From positions 1,344,001 to 1,408,000 of the forward strand of contig BK006938.2 in assembly GCA_000146045.2 (NCBI GenBank): 64,000 nucleotides of DNA. Reading direction: 5' to 3'. A model generated the notes under the pieces. That model saw only the letters and a program-made list of their open reading frames with translations. It did not search any database and had not been told where the DNA came from. Source of the DNA: TPA_inf: Saccharomyces (taxonomy: Eukaryota). Positions 1 to 10,828 of the stretch are shown here, piece after piece. The position numbers and the translations under genes were made by a program. Position 1 is the first letter of the stretch. The number at the start of each line of letters is the position of its first letter.

Positions 1-1
1 G

Positions 2-241
<240 letters not shown>

Positions 242-516
242 GGCACTTTGAACGGCTTTTAACGATGAGTATGAATAACTAAGTAGAAATAACATGTACA
301 CAAGTGTAACTTATAAAAATCAAAAAATAAAAAAATAGAAAGGGAGAGAATAAGAGTAGGTAATAATATGAATTAAAAGAAGGATAAGGCGCCGTGGACC
401 AGGTACCTAAAAAGTAAAGTACCAGTTTATATTAACAAAAGAAGTTCAAGCTAAAAAGTAGCAATATGCGAAGGAAAGGAAAATAATTGAAGGAGGAGGC
501 AGAGAACAAATTTAAA

Positions 517-1062
517 TCAGGAGTGCAATATGGAAAAAATAGGAGCAGATAATTTCTCCTCACCATGTAGACTATCTAACACTAGCACAAAGTCATATTC
601 CAGAATATGAGCACCCACTTGTCTGATAAGGTCGCCCGCAGCATATGCCGTTCCACCGGTGGCGAGAACATCATCCACGACAACCACGTTGGAATCAAAG
701 GGAATGGCTTCAACCTGCATTTCAAAAATTTCTTCATGGTCTAATTTTGTGAATGTTATAGAAGCACACTCACCCGGCAATTTTCCAACTCTCCTTATTG
801 GAACAAATCCAACTCCCAATGCCAGTGCTAGGGATGGCCCAAATAGAAGGCCTCTAGCTTCTATACCTGCAATAAAGTCGATCTTTTCTTTGCCGAACTT
901 TTCTTCTAAATGCGTCTTGAACGTGTGTACCAACTTTTGGAATAGCGTGGGGTTGCCAATAATAGGTAAAAAATCCTCAAATTGCTCACCCTCTATGGGA
1001 AAGTCAGTGAACTGCCTAAATGCAGTTTTTATTTCCTTTGCGTAAGATTCAGAAATAGACAT
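517..1062 (-). CDS. APT2: Adenine phosphoribosyltransferase paralog, 181 aa
   Basis: Translation MSISESYAKEIKTAFRQF...VVVDDVLATGGTAYAAGDL carries a PRTase motif. The true ATG is at 1060-1062; the 13 extra codons on the track ORF start at a GTG. The neighbours (SSN2, YDR444W) point to the chromosome IV paralog YDR441C rather than APT1. Confidence 0.85.
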   Translation of the reverse strand: MSISESYAKEIKTAFRQFTDFPIEGEQFEDFLPIIGNPTLFQKLVHTFKTHLEEKFGKEKIDFIAGIEARGLLFGPSLALALGVGFVPIRRVGKLPGECASITFTKLDHEEIFEMQVEAIPFDSNVVVVDDVLATGGTAYAAGDLIRQVGAHILEYDFVLVLDSLHGEEKLSAPIFSILHS

Positions 1063-1675
1063 AATGAGAGGCGGACAGGCAATGAACAGGCATATACACA
1101 CGCACTCTCTTTTTTTAAGGAGCGAAAATTATCTGAACGATTGGTATGAACGGGTGCAAAATTTACTTTAACACCCAAAAAGTATATGCGTATATATATA
1201 TATTTATCCTTGTTATTTTTGTAAATTGAGCTATGCAACATAAGATTCCTGCGATGTAAGAACTACTTGCTAATCAAGAGAACTTCAACAATTTTCCATC
1301 GCAGAGACGAAAAAACTGGAAAAAAATAAAAAGAAAAAATTGAAAAAGAATCGCGACTTCCGATTACATAACCTTATACGGAGTATGATACCATTCTTGA
1401 CATCATCAACACACCATCGCAGACCCACGTGGCCGCTTCGTGTGCCTTGAAAATACAGCCTTAAACGCAATCTCATTCGCGTTCTGTGGAAATTGTCTCG
1501 GACTACACGCTGGGCGTGCATCACCAGTGAAAATGCCGTACCGCCCCGCTTCCGGTTTTGTTTTTATAAATCCGACTGGAGAAATAGACTTCTGGGTTTA
1601 CACCCCGGAATAATACTAAAACCAAAACTGGTAAATAGGGCTACAGATGAGCAGGAAAACGTTGCCGGAAAAAGT

Positions 1676-4600
1676 TTATTTATCCGAGAGAATAATTGAT
1701 GAAGAAGTAGCGGTATGCACAGTAGCGGCGGAAGTATTAGCAATTTTTACTCTGGTGTGCACAAGAGTGTTCATCATTTTTTTCACGGCTAGGATATGCC
1801 ATGGAATATGGCCATCTTCGCCATCAGAGAGACCGTACCACACGTTTAGAGCAGCCAGGTTGCGAAACTCTTCTAAGATGGTTTCCAGCAATTGTGTACT
1901 ATCAGAATGTGGACAGTTTAAAAGGTTGACTGCGAATTTGTCCCAAACCGTATCACCGTCGCATTTTTTGAATTTGATCAAAGCACCACTCCTAATAGCA
2001 CAGCGATGCTGTGAGTGTGCCAGTGGGAACGGGTGCTGAAATACTATTCCATGGATGTCCTGGTCTATATCCCTTATTTCATAGTCGTATAATCTGGTCA
2101 TATCCATGCGTCCTCCAAACCTAGTGTCTTTGTAGATCGGCTTGAAACTAGGGTACAATTTGTCCTCATCTATGAAGGAGATTTTAGAGTTGTCATCCAC
2201 ACACACCACAGCAAGATGTATATTCCTACCAGAAAGTCTCCTCCAATTCATCAATTCATCATCCGGCAGTATGCCATTCAATCTAGTTAAAATTAGACAT
2301 ATTTTTCCGAATTTTTTAGACGCTAAATTTAGGGCGATATTCCATATTTGATTACATGCGTCGTCAAATTTTCCTCTGGAATTCCCGACGTACCACGTTT
2401 TCGTCATGCTGCCTTGTCCATAGCTATCTGAAAGAGCTGCAAAAACCCACTCTTTATCTACACTACGCGAGTATGCCAGGTGGATGTACGAGTCATAATA
2501 TATTATAGAAGATGATCCTGTACTGTTATTCTGCTGCTGCTGTTGCTGTTGCTGTTGCTGTTGCATTTGCTGTTGCTGCATGGTTCTGAAATTCACTTTC
2601 TCCGGCAGCGTATGCGCAATGTGGGTGAACTTTACAGATTTTGGCGGCAGCATGTTATATATAGAAATTGCTACGTTGACGTACTGATCCACTGTCACCA
2701 GTACGTTTCTAATGAAATCCATAGGAATAACTTTCAAATATAGTTCAATGTTAGGCATCTTGGCACAAACTTCGTTCTTGATCACCTGAAAAATATTCGC
2801 CTTGTCTACTAATTCAGTCAGAGTTGCATTATCCAAGGGTAAAATTATTAATATTGGTGGCACGTTTTTGATGGAGTTCTTATTATTAGAACAGTATGAA
2901 ACAATCTGCGCAGCTAACAACAGTAACTTGTTTTTATCAAATGCCTTCAAGTACATCAGTCCGGGCGGGTCTTCATTAGTTAGTTTAAGCAACTCACAAA
3001 ACCCTAACTCTTGATTAATATATGTTTGAGATAGAGTTGGCGCAAATGACAGACAATCTTCTTTGAAAGATGAACTTAATAATAAGGATTTGAAGTTTTT
3101 TATTCCATTTGGAGGGCGAAAATTGAGGAACTTAATAAATGGCTGAGAGTCGTGTTTGACTTTGATTAGTTCGTGATGTTTCTTTACAAAAACGTACGGC
3201 TGCTTCATGTTATAGAATTTGGAGATCGTATCATTGCCATTTAATCTATCGAAAGTGGAAAATAACTGTAACATTGTGGTTGTTATTAAACCTTCTTGGC
3301 AATCTTTAACTCCCCTATAGGCGATCTTTGGAATACCGAGGTTTCCTAAGATATTATAATCAGTGACGACTTGTTCTGCAATTAAATCTAAGATGTCTTG
3401 TTCTTTTTCTGAAATTGTAACAACGGGAGTAGGCGTGATGAAAATGTCCGGTATAGATGCTAGCGGCATGTGTCTCAATAGAAACGGTAGACTACTTGAT
3501 GATTCAAAAGATAAATTGGGGTCCGCCGGTGTGAATTCGGGGATACCACTCTTGTCTTTTGGTAGGTTAGAAATTTCAGAATTTACCATATTCGGCGTAA
3601 ATTCGGACGGATTACTGGTAACATTATTATCTTCCAAGGTCATCTTTATATTGGATTCTATGGGTTGAATAGATGAATCAACGGTCTTCAGTGGTGACTC
3701 GGTCTGTGGTATATCATTTTGAGGAATTTTCCAAATAGAGTTGAAGCCTTCCTTATTGCTAGTGATATTAGCATCGTTTACTGAATTGAAATTTTCTTGC
3801 TTTATAATAGAGTCTTGTAGACTTGGGATCGAAGAGTAATTTATGTATTGAGGCTCATGAATATTAGTATTAGTACTGATGTTATCAGAAGGTTTCATGT
3901 CGTCGCGTACGTTCAATGACTTTAGATCCTCATCGCTGCTACCGTTCTCTTCTTCATCCTCTTCCTCTTCAGAGCTAGAAAGATCCGCCATAGAAATATC
4001 AAAGTTTAATGCTTCCTCCTTTTGCAACGGACTGAAGGAAAATTTCCCTCCAGATTTGTATTTGTTATCAACATTGTTTTCTATTATGGGGTTAAAATTC
4101 AGTGGAGCGAACACACTTTTGCGTCTATCGCGGGGTGTTTCCACAGGGAGTGGCGCACCTGGGTCCATATATAATGGACTCGTTGGCAAGGTCATTTCAT
4201 CTATCGGAATATCCAAATATTTCCTCTTTCCATTTAATCTTTTTGTAGTTCCGCTCATCGTACGGATATTCGGTTTTTCAGATGAGGGAAAAAATGGAAT
4301 ATCTTTACCAAGATCAGTATGCATTTCCTTGTTATTTTTATTAATGCTTTTATTGTTATTATTTTCTTCTTCATCAGACATTTCGAACATATCCTCGGTA
4401 ATTTCGTCCGATATACTTTTGTTCGATTCGTTTGTAGAATTCGATTTATTGCTATCGCCAAATAAATCCTCATCCTCATCCTCACCAAACAATTCCTTGT
4501 CTACCATAGAGTCACTTTTATCACTTGGCAGATTTTCGTTCTGTTCTCGTTGTTCCAGTGTTCCCTCTTTATTATGAAGTGTGTCTACGCTTCCTGTCTT

Positions 4601-5938
4601 GCTCACGGAATTATTTACCTTTTCGAGTGATCTACCATTTGCCTCCAGTTCCGTTTTCAGTGGGCTGTTCTCTAAGTCATTTGATACTGTAGTTTGTTTC
4701 CTATCATTAAATAATTCATTCTCATTGATGTTATTATTAGGGGTATTTAAGAAAGCTGGAGCAAATTGATCGCTGGGCGACAGCATTAATTTATCAATGC
4801 CTGTGAAATTAGGGGAGAAATCTTTCGGAGATATCTTATTAGTTTCTTGGACAGAATGATAAGAAGCGGGTTGAGAACTAATTGAGTTGTTCTTATAATG
4901 TTGAAACTGTTCTGTATATGCTCCATCTGAGCTTAAGGGATTTGTACCAGCAATATTACTGCTCAATACGCCGGAACTTCCTGGAGTCCTATAGGCAGCT
5001 GTTTGCTTTAATTGTATGAAATCATCAATGGCATCCAGAGCATCTTGCAAACAGTGAAATTCTGATGGATCTCCGGAAGTAGAATTTTCTATATCAGCTA
5101 CTGGTTGGGCGAAGATTAAATGCAGCGGCCATACTAGCTTCTTTGCTTCAAGTAAGGGAGTTAAATACGAAGCTATAGTAGGTGTGTGGCCGTTGAGATG
5201 TCCTAAGTCAGGAACAACAGCAACCCATTTCAAATTTTTTTTATTTTGTAAGTTTATACCATGAGATACACTTAACGTCGTCAAGAGAAGTTCTGTATGT
5301 TTTGGTGGCGTTATCAAGTATCCTTGCTTGGAAGCAGGGGCCAAATGCATCCTTATTCCAGATGGTGCTAAATAAAGCGCATGCTTTGAAAGGAAAGATT
5401 CTTCCAAATTTTCCTCCTTCATTGGTACTAATCCCATGTTCTTGGCACATAACGACACTGTGAGATCTCCGTTTACAAAAAGGTGTGGTTCTAGCTGTAC
5501 GAGATAATTTGGCACTCCGCTTAATGATATGCAGGCATTCCCAAATTGTATTAGCTTATTGTGTGAACCTAATGCCAAATTAATGTAAATTTTCCTTCTT
5601 AAAGCTTTTAAAAAAAGAGCATAGTGTGGCGGTAAGTTTGGCTTTGAATAATCGGCAGTGAAAGTTCCGATTTTATCTGGGCTCACTGGTTTATGTTCTA
5701 TCGCAGGAGGTGTCGGTACCGGATCATCATTTATACTGAAACACCATAAATCCCTTGAAAGCAGCGCAACTAGAGTCTTTGGATCCTGCTTCCGTAGCAT
5801 GAATTCCATTTGGATAGACCATTGATCGTTTTGGGCTTTAGAAATGTACTGATGATAGTTGATCTTTTTGATTTTCTCCACTCTATAGAAGCTGGATAAA
5901 ACATCCTCAAGTCTGTACGTGGAAGCGTCAGAACTCAT
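1676..5938 (-). CDS. SSN2: Mediator kinase-module subunit Med13, 1420 aa
   Basis: A full-length 1420-aa ORF with an internal polyQ tract (MQQQQMQQQQQQQQQQQQNN). Length and sequence match SSN2/MED13 (YDR443C). Confidence 0.92.
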   Translation of the reverse strand: MSSDASTYRLEDVLSSFYRVEKIKKINYHQYISKAQNDQWSIQMEFMLRKQDPKTLVALLSRDLWCFSINDDPVPTPPAIEHKPVSPDKIGTFTADYSKPNLPPHYALFLKALRRKIYINLALGSHNKLIQFGNACISLSGVPNYLVQLEPHLFVNGDLTVSLCAKNMGLVPMKEENLEESFLSKHALYLAPSGIRMHLAPASKQGYLITPPKHTELLLTTLSVSHGINLQNKKNLKWVAVVPDLGHLNGHTPTIASYLTPLLEAKKLVWPLHLIFAQPVADIENSTSGDPSEFHCLQDALDAIDDFIQLKQTAAYRTPGSSGVLSSNIAGTNPLSSDGAYTEQFQHYKNNSISSQPASYHSVQETNKISPKDFSPNFTGIDKLMLSPSDQFAPAFLNTPNNNINENELFNDRKQTTVSNDLENSPLKTELEANGRSLEKVNNSVSKTGSVDTLHNKEGTLEQREQNENLPSDKSDSMVDKELFGEDEDEDLFGDSNKSNSTNESNKSISDEITEDMFEMSDEEENNNNKSINKNNKEMHTDLGKDIPFFPSSEKPNIRTMSGTTKRLNGKRKYLDIPIDEMTLPTSPLYMDPGAPLPVETPRDRRKSVFAPLNFNPIIENNVDNKYKSGGKFSFSPLQKEEALNFDISMADLSSSEEEEDEEENGSSDEDLKSLNVRDDMKPSDNISTNTNIHEPQYINYSSIPSLQDSIIKQENFNSVNDANITSNKEGFNSIWKIPQNDIPQTESPLKTVDSSIQPIESNIKMTLEDNNVTSNPSEFTPNMVNSEISNLPKDKSGIPEFTPADPNLSFESSSSLPFLLRHMPLASIPDIFITPTPVVTISEKEQDILDLIAEQVVTDYNILGNLGIPKIAYRGVKDCQEGLITTTMLQLFSTFDRLNGNDTISKFYNMKQPYVFVKKHHELIKVKHDSQPFIKFLNFRPPNGIKNFKSLLLSSSFKEDCLSFAPTLSQTYINQELGFCELLKLTNEDPPGLMYLKAFDKNKLLLLAAQIVSYCSNNKNSIKNVPPILIILPLDNATLTELVDKANIFQVIKNEVCAKMPNIELYLKVIPMDFIRNVLVTVDQYVNVAISIYNMLPPKSVKFTHIAHTLPEKVNFRTMQQQQMQQQQQQQQQQQNNSTGSSSIIYYDSYIHLAYSRSVDKEWVFAALSDSYGQGSMTKTWYVGNSRGKFDDACNQIWNIALNLASKKFGKICLILTRLNGILPDDELMNWRRLSGRNIHLAVVCVDDNSKISFIDEDKLYPSFKPIYKDTRFGGRMDMTRLYDYEIRDIDQDIHGIVFQHPFPLAHSQHRCAIRSGALIKFKKCDGDTVWDKFAVNLLNCPHSDSTQLLETILEEFRNLAALNVWYGLSDGEDGHIPWHILAVKKMMNTLVHTRVKIANTSAATVHTATSSSIILSDK

Positions 5939-6289
5939 ACTACCTCCTCAGATCTTGATATCCAGCTTAAACGTTCTTAAAATATAGTTACACCTTACTT
6001 CAACAAAGTAATTTCCGATTTCACACCATTCGTCTTAAAGGGTTGTTGTAAGAGTGTACTACAATAAATACTACACTACTTGATCCGGCACTACCCGGTC
6101 CCTCCACCTGAAAAAATGTTTCAATTCTTCGCTTTGTTAAGCGCGAATATATCGATGCTATTTTCTAAGGATTGTTTATTCAGTATGATAAAACAATGAA
6201 CAGCAGGAAATGCGGAGGAGAATCACTTACTCGGCTGTTATTCATCTTCTTATTATAAAAGAATTGCTCCATTTTGGTTCGATCCCTTA

Positions 6290-8353
6290 ATGCCTTACAA
6301 AATCAACCGAATGAAAAATTCGCTCGAGATAAATGAAACCGGAGGTACCTTATTGGTTGATGAGCGGAAGAGATTAAGAATAGGTGAGTTATATCGCTAC
6401 AAGTTTTCCGTGAACAAAGATGTAATTAAGGAACAAGGGCTAGATGTATCGCATCTATTCTTGAGGATCAAGAACGAGGAAAGCGCGCTTCTGCGACCGC
6501 TTTATTTGACGGGGCCATATTCTTTTTACATCGATGTTAGGCCGCATAACTATAATGAGAATCGCAAGTTTCCAGGGAAGGAAATTATTCCATTTGTTGA
6601 AAATCTAAAGCCGGACGAAAGATTTAAAGTAAAAATATTATTGAATGAGAATTCTAGAGTTGGCGACACTTCTCTTTATTCATGGACAATAGATATAATT
6701 TCGCAGTTGGCGGTAACCACAATTCCGAAGCTGGAATTTTCGTTTAGGATAGGGACTACAAGGAAGGTGGTCAAGAAATCGAATGGGCTCTTTAAGAGTA
6801 TTGAAGGTGTCTCTTTAGAGATGTGGGATACTGAAACCCTTTGGGATTTACCACCAAAATTTCCAGAAAAGCCTGTACATCTCGTTATTATGACACATGG
6901 TATATTTTCTAATATCGGGTGTGATATGCTATATATGAAAGATAAAATTGAAGAAATGACGTTTCCTATGGATGAGTCTATTAATCCGAATATAATTGTT
7001 CGAGGTTTTATGGGCAACGTCGGGAAATCAGGTCACGGTATACATTGCTTGGGCGTTAGAGTTGGAAAGTATGTGCTTGAGACTGTTGATAAGTTGAATA
7101 AAAAGTACAAAGTAGACAGGATATCATTCATTGGCCATTCCCTAGGAGGGCCAACTCAATCCATGGCGGTGCGTTACATAAGTATTAAAAGACCAGATTT
7201 TTTTGATGCAGTTAAAGGTGTTAAACCCGTTAATTTTATTACGTTAGCTAGTCCTTTCATCGGTGTTATTGGCGACTTCCCCTTTTATTTGTCTGTTCCA
7301 CTGGATATGGGCGCGCTTGGTTTGACAGGAAGGGACTTGAATTTAAAATATACACCGTTAACGTCCAAAGATGGGTTGTATGCAGACGATGAAGTGTACC
7401 CAGAACATTCCAAGTACATATTAGAAATTCTTCCACAGGCGCCGGCTAAAAAAGTATTTGAGTCTTTTAAGAGGAGAACGATATATGCCAATGTCATGGA
7501 TGATGGTATTGTTCCATTACGAACTGCTGCACTTTTGTATCTGGATTGGCGAAGCATACACAAAGTCCAGAAAATTAGGAAAAAAAATAAGAACTCTCCA
7601 ACTTCAAGCGAGTTTGTGTCCTCCGATAGCCCAGAGAGTAGTGGAGCATCATCACCTTCAAACGAAAATGGTAACAACGTCGGGGAGATTCCTGCAGAAA
7701 GTCCAAACAAAAAAGCGACGTTGCAGTGGACTTTACCTCAGGCCGTTATCCACGGAAGTAAAATAAATAAATATAAGAGAGGACAAACTAATGAAGCCAA
7801 CTCAGATTCGGATAATGAACAAGGAGTATTTCTTGATGGTCAAAAGTTCGAACCTCCAAAAGAAGCCAATACTGTATTGTCTGCATTATCGGTATTGACA
7901 GCTGCCATACCAGATCAGGAGTATATCAAAAACCCGGCTGTAAGGAAAGATGAAGTCATTCATGATAAACTTTATCACCCGGAAGAATTACCTCCGCCGC
8001 ATTATGAGAATAGGCCTATCGTTAAGAAGCTTATATATCCTAATGAGAGTGTCAACAGGATTCAAGAGCGCATTGCTAGAGAATGGCAAGAAACGATGAC
8101 TTGGAGAAAAGTATTAGTGCAGATCCAGCCTGATTCCCATAACAATATCGTAGTAAGAAGAAGATTTGTTAATTTATACGGCTATGTTGCTGTGGAACAC
8201 ATGGTTGAGCACCATTTCGGATCCAAGGTTTGTAGCGAGCTGGCTGAAGATGCAAATGAGCCAAAAGATGAGCCAAACCAGTCATCGCAAGCGGACCGGT
8301 CGAATGAGTATAACGAGGGGGAAATATCAAAGGGCGCGGAGAATGCCACATGA
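6290..8353 (+). CDS. Putative serine hydrolase/lipase (DUF676-like), 687 aa, YDR444W
   Basis: A 687-aa ORF with a GHSLGG nucleophile-elbow motif (FIGHSLGGP). Length and position match YDR444W. Confidence 0.85.
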
Positions 8354-8465
8354 GTTTGATGATTTATAATGTATACGTAAAAAAAAATATCATAGATGAA
8401 ATAAAAGTTTCTTAAGAATATCACAATGACCACAATAAAGTGTGGATGTTGTTTAAAAAAAAGAT

Positions 8466-8538
8466 AGCCCTGTAGGGGGCTCGAACCCCTAACCTTATGA
8501 TTAAGAGTCATACGCGCTACCGATTGCGCCAACAAGGC
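8466..8538 (-). tRNA. tK(CUU): tRNA-Lys (anticodon CUU), 73 nt, no intron
   Basis: The reverse complement is GCCTTGTTGGCGCAATCGGTAGCGCGTATGACTCTTAATCATAAGGTTAGGGGTTCGAGCCCCCTACAGGGCT. The acceptor stem GCCTTGT pairs with ACAGGGC. The anticodon loop is CUCUUAA with CUU at positions 34-36. The sequence has GGTTCGAGCC where box B would sit. Confidence 0.9.
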
Positions 8539-8643
8539 TATTTCGTTGGAAAAACTAATTAATTTTGGAAGTAATAGGACATTAAACATGTTTGTTGCAA
8601 TGAAACTTTAAAATATCATCTGTTTAGTTTTATTCATGTTACT

Positions 8644-8972
8644 TGTTGGAATAAAAATCAACTATCATCTACTAACTAGTATTTACGTTACTAGTATATT
8701 ATCATATACGGTGTTAGAAGATGACGCAAATGATGAGAAATAGTCATCTAAATTAGTGGAAGCTGAAACGCAAGGATTGATAATGTAATAGGATCAATGA
8801 ATATTAACATATAAAACGATGATAATAATATTTATAGAATTGTGTAGAATTGCAGATTCCCTTTTATGGATTCCTAAATCCTCGAGGAGAACTTCTAGTA
8901 TATCTACATACCTAATATTATAGCCTTAATCACAATGGAATCCCAACAATTACATCAAAATCCACATTCTCT
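8644..8972 (+). mobile_element. Solo Ty1/Ty2 delta LTR, near full length
   Basis: Begins TGTTGGAATAAAAATCAACTATCATCTACTAACTAGTATTTAC...GAGGAGAACTTCTAGTATAT...CAACAATGGAATCCCAACAATTACATC. This is a canonical delta sequence lying about 100 bp upstream (5' side) of the tRNA gene. Confidence 0.8.
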
Positions 8973-9226
8973 ACATTACTAGTATATTATCATATGCGGT
9001 TTAAGAAAATGGTATAAAGATTAAGAAACAGTCATGAAAATTTAGTGAAGCTGAAATGCCAGTATTGATAATACGATAGAATAATGAATGACAAAGTATA
9101 TAAGGAAGATGAAGTAACATTATTATGGAGAACTATCGACTCCCTTTTGTGAATTTCTATATCCTCAAGGAGAATTGCTTGTATACTATGTATATATAAT
9201 ATTATAACCCTTGACAACAATGGAAT
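8973..9226 (+). mobile_element. Second, 5'-truncated and more diverged delta LTR fragment, directly abutting the first
   Basis: It resumes at delta internal position about 33 (ACATTACTAGTATATTATCATATGCGG...GAAGCTGAAATGCCAGTATTGATAAT...CCTCAAGGAGAATTGCTTGTATACT...CAACAATGGAAT), then diverges. Confidence 0.6.
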
Positions 9227-9724
9227 AATTAGTCCTTAAACGTTAGACTGGCTGGGACAGCACGACCTCTGTTGGCTAATTTTACTTTTCCCACAACCGT
9301 AGATCTTGATTTCATGACTGTTTTCGTGGTAATGTCCGAATGATACATATATAAGTTATATGCTTTCACTTTATAAGTATTAGCGTTTTTACTCACCATC
9401 CACTGCTTTGAGAAGATGTGGTCAGCAACCACGCAATACATCACATATTTTGGCACGGGTGATGTACCGATCTAATGGCTAAGCTTCCTTTTGGAAGCTG
9501 ATAGAGATCCAGATTTGCATCTCTATCGCTATTGTCGTCATCGACACTGCTCACTTAGTGCTGCAGGTAAATTCCGTTTTTTTCCAAATTAATATTTATG
9601 AACGTTATGATGTCAAGTTTTTTCAAGAAGTAATTATCCGCGAAAAAAAGAATATAAAAAATACAAATGTGCATAGATCCTCACATAGTATACAACTAAA
9701 AAGCAAACAAAAGAACATCCTCAA

Positions 9725-10633
9725 ATGACTGTTATAAAGACAGAACCAACAACAGAAGTGACATTATATTCTCCACCATCAAAAGAATCTTTAAGTAAAG
9801 ATGACGCCCACAGAAAAAAACAAAATAATAAACCACCTTCGAGTATAAATAGCCGCTCAGGACCAAATAAGCATAAACTTGCCGCCAAAGCACCGGAAAA
9901 GAAAATCAATAACACAGATAAACAAGACCTCTCTGCCTTTTTATTAAATCCTTCCCTTATTGTTAAACCTTCTGAGAGCAAAAAAAAAGAAAATATTGTG
10001 GCCTATAATGATACACCAGGTATAAAAACAGAACATACAGCGTTTCAGCCGCTGACACCAATTTCGAAAAAAAGGGCCCTGAAAGAGAAAGCAGCATCAG
10101 AAAAATGTGATAGCTTTGATCTTTCCAGAGACGAGAAGCCTTATATTCAGAAAAAGTCAAAGACGCTTTCTTCCGTCACAGAGATTAATTCCTCAGAATA
10201 TAAACTCTCACTAAATGGCGAAAATACATCATCCCCAGCTAAGGAAAAATCGCAAGAACCCATAGAAAATCCTGGAAGTTACCAAAAAACAAGAAATTAC
10301 CTTTTTGAAAAGCCCGATCCTTTAGACACGTGCCTTCAGGACTACTCGAGTATGCTACCGTCAAATGTAGCAGAAGAAGATCAAGAATATTTTATCAGCG
10401 TAGCTGATTCGACATTGGAGGAGTGGACTAACAAGGGCCAGGAAATTATTGACCAACAGTTCCAGCTCTACCAAGAAATAATCAAGAAACGAATAGAACT
10501 AAGCTACAAATTTAAGGGTATTATTTCTGTAATCAATGATAGGGCAGATGCCCTAGAAGAACAGGGTCAACAACTAGAAGGAAAAATTAAGAAAGTTAAA
10601 ACTTTGGCTAATGAAATTCTCAATATTATATAA
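9725..10633 (+). CDS. ECM11: Meiosis-specific synaptonemal-complex / SUMOylated protein, 302 aa
   Basis: A 302-aa ORF (MTVIKTEPTTEVTLYSPPSKESL...) with length and position matching YDR446W. Confidence 0.85.
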   Translation: MTVIKTEPTTEVTLYSPPSKESLSKDDAHRKKQNNKPPSSINSRSGPNKHKLAAKAPEKKINNTDKQDLSAFLLNPSLIVKPSESKKKENIVAYNDTPGIKTEHTAFQPLTPISKKRALKEKAASEKCDSFDLSRDEKPYIQKKSKTLSSVTEINSSEYKLSLNGENTSSPAKEKSQEPIENPGSYQKTRNYLFEKPDPLDTCLQDYSSMLPSNVAEEDQEYFISVADSTLEEWTNKGQEIIDQQFQLYQEIIKKRIELSYKFKGIISVINDRADALEEQGQQLEGKIKKVKTLANEILNII

Positions 10634-10828
10634 ACGCTTCATAAAGTTGATCAAAGGTGCTATATTCAGTAACAAAATGCTTATAATTAAGAGAATACAT
10701 CCCTAATAATGAATCATATCTTTCATATTTTAGATGATATTGAAATTATTTAACTATACATAAGGAGAGTCCTCAATGAAATGGAGTAAAACAGACGACA
10801 TGATAATAACTATATCAATTCATGCTTT

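Noticed and set aside
659-1045. 128-aa + strand ORF entirely inside APT2 on the opposite strand (position of dubious YDR442W)
   Set aside because: It is antisense to a well-conserved enzyme gene. It has low-complexity, S/T/N-rich composition and no recognisable domain, so it looks like an overlap artefact.
1063-1101. N-terminal extensions on track ORFs for APT2 (to 1101), TSA2 (to 21707), TFB3 (from 39772) and PRP3 (to 61872)
   Set aside because: In each case the extension begins at a TTG or GTG that the ORF caller rendered as M. The conserved protein N-termini start at the internal ATGs given in the feature list.
3879-4577. 232-aa + strand ORF antisense to SSN2 (S/L-rich)
   Set aside because: It is generated by the reverse complement of the acidic/Ser-rich coding region of SSN2. 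It is pure low complexity and lies inside a bona fide gene.
9229-9456. 75-aa minus ORF between the delta elements and ECM11 (position of dubious YDR445C)
   Set aside because: It is short, has no recognisable motif, and lies in Ty-scarred tRNA-flanking DNA. It is more likely a degenerate repeat remnant or promoter DNA.
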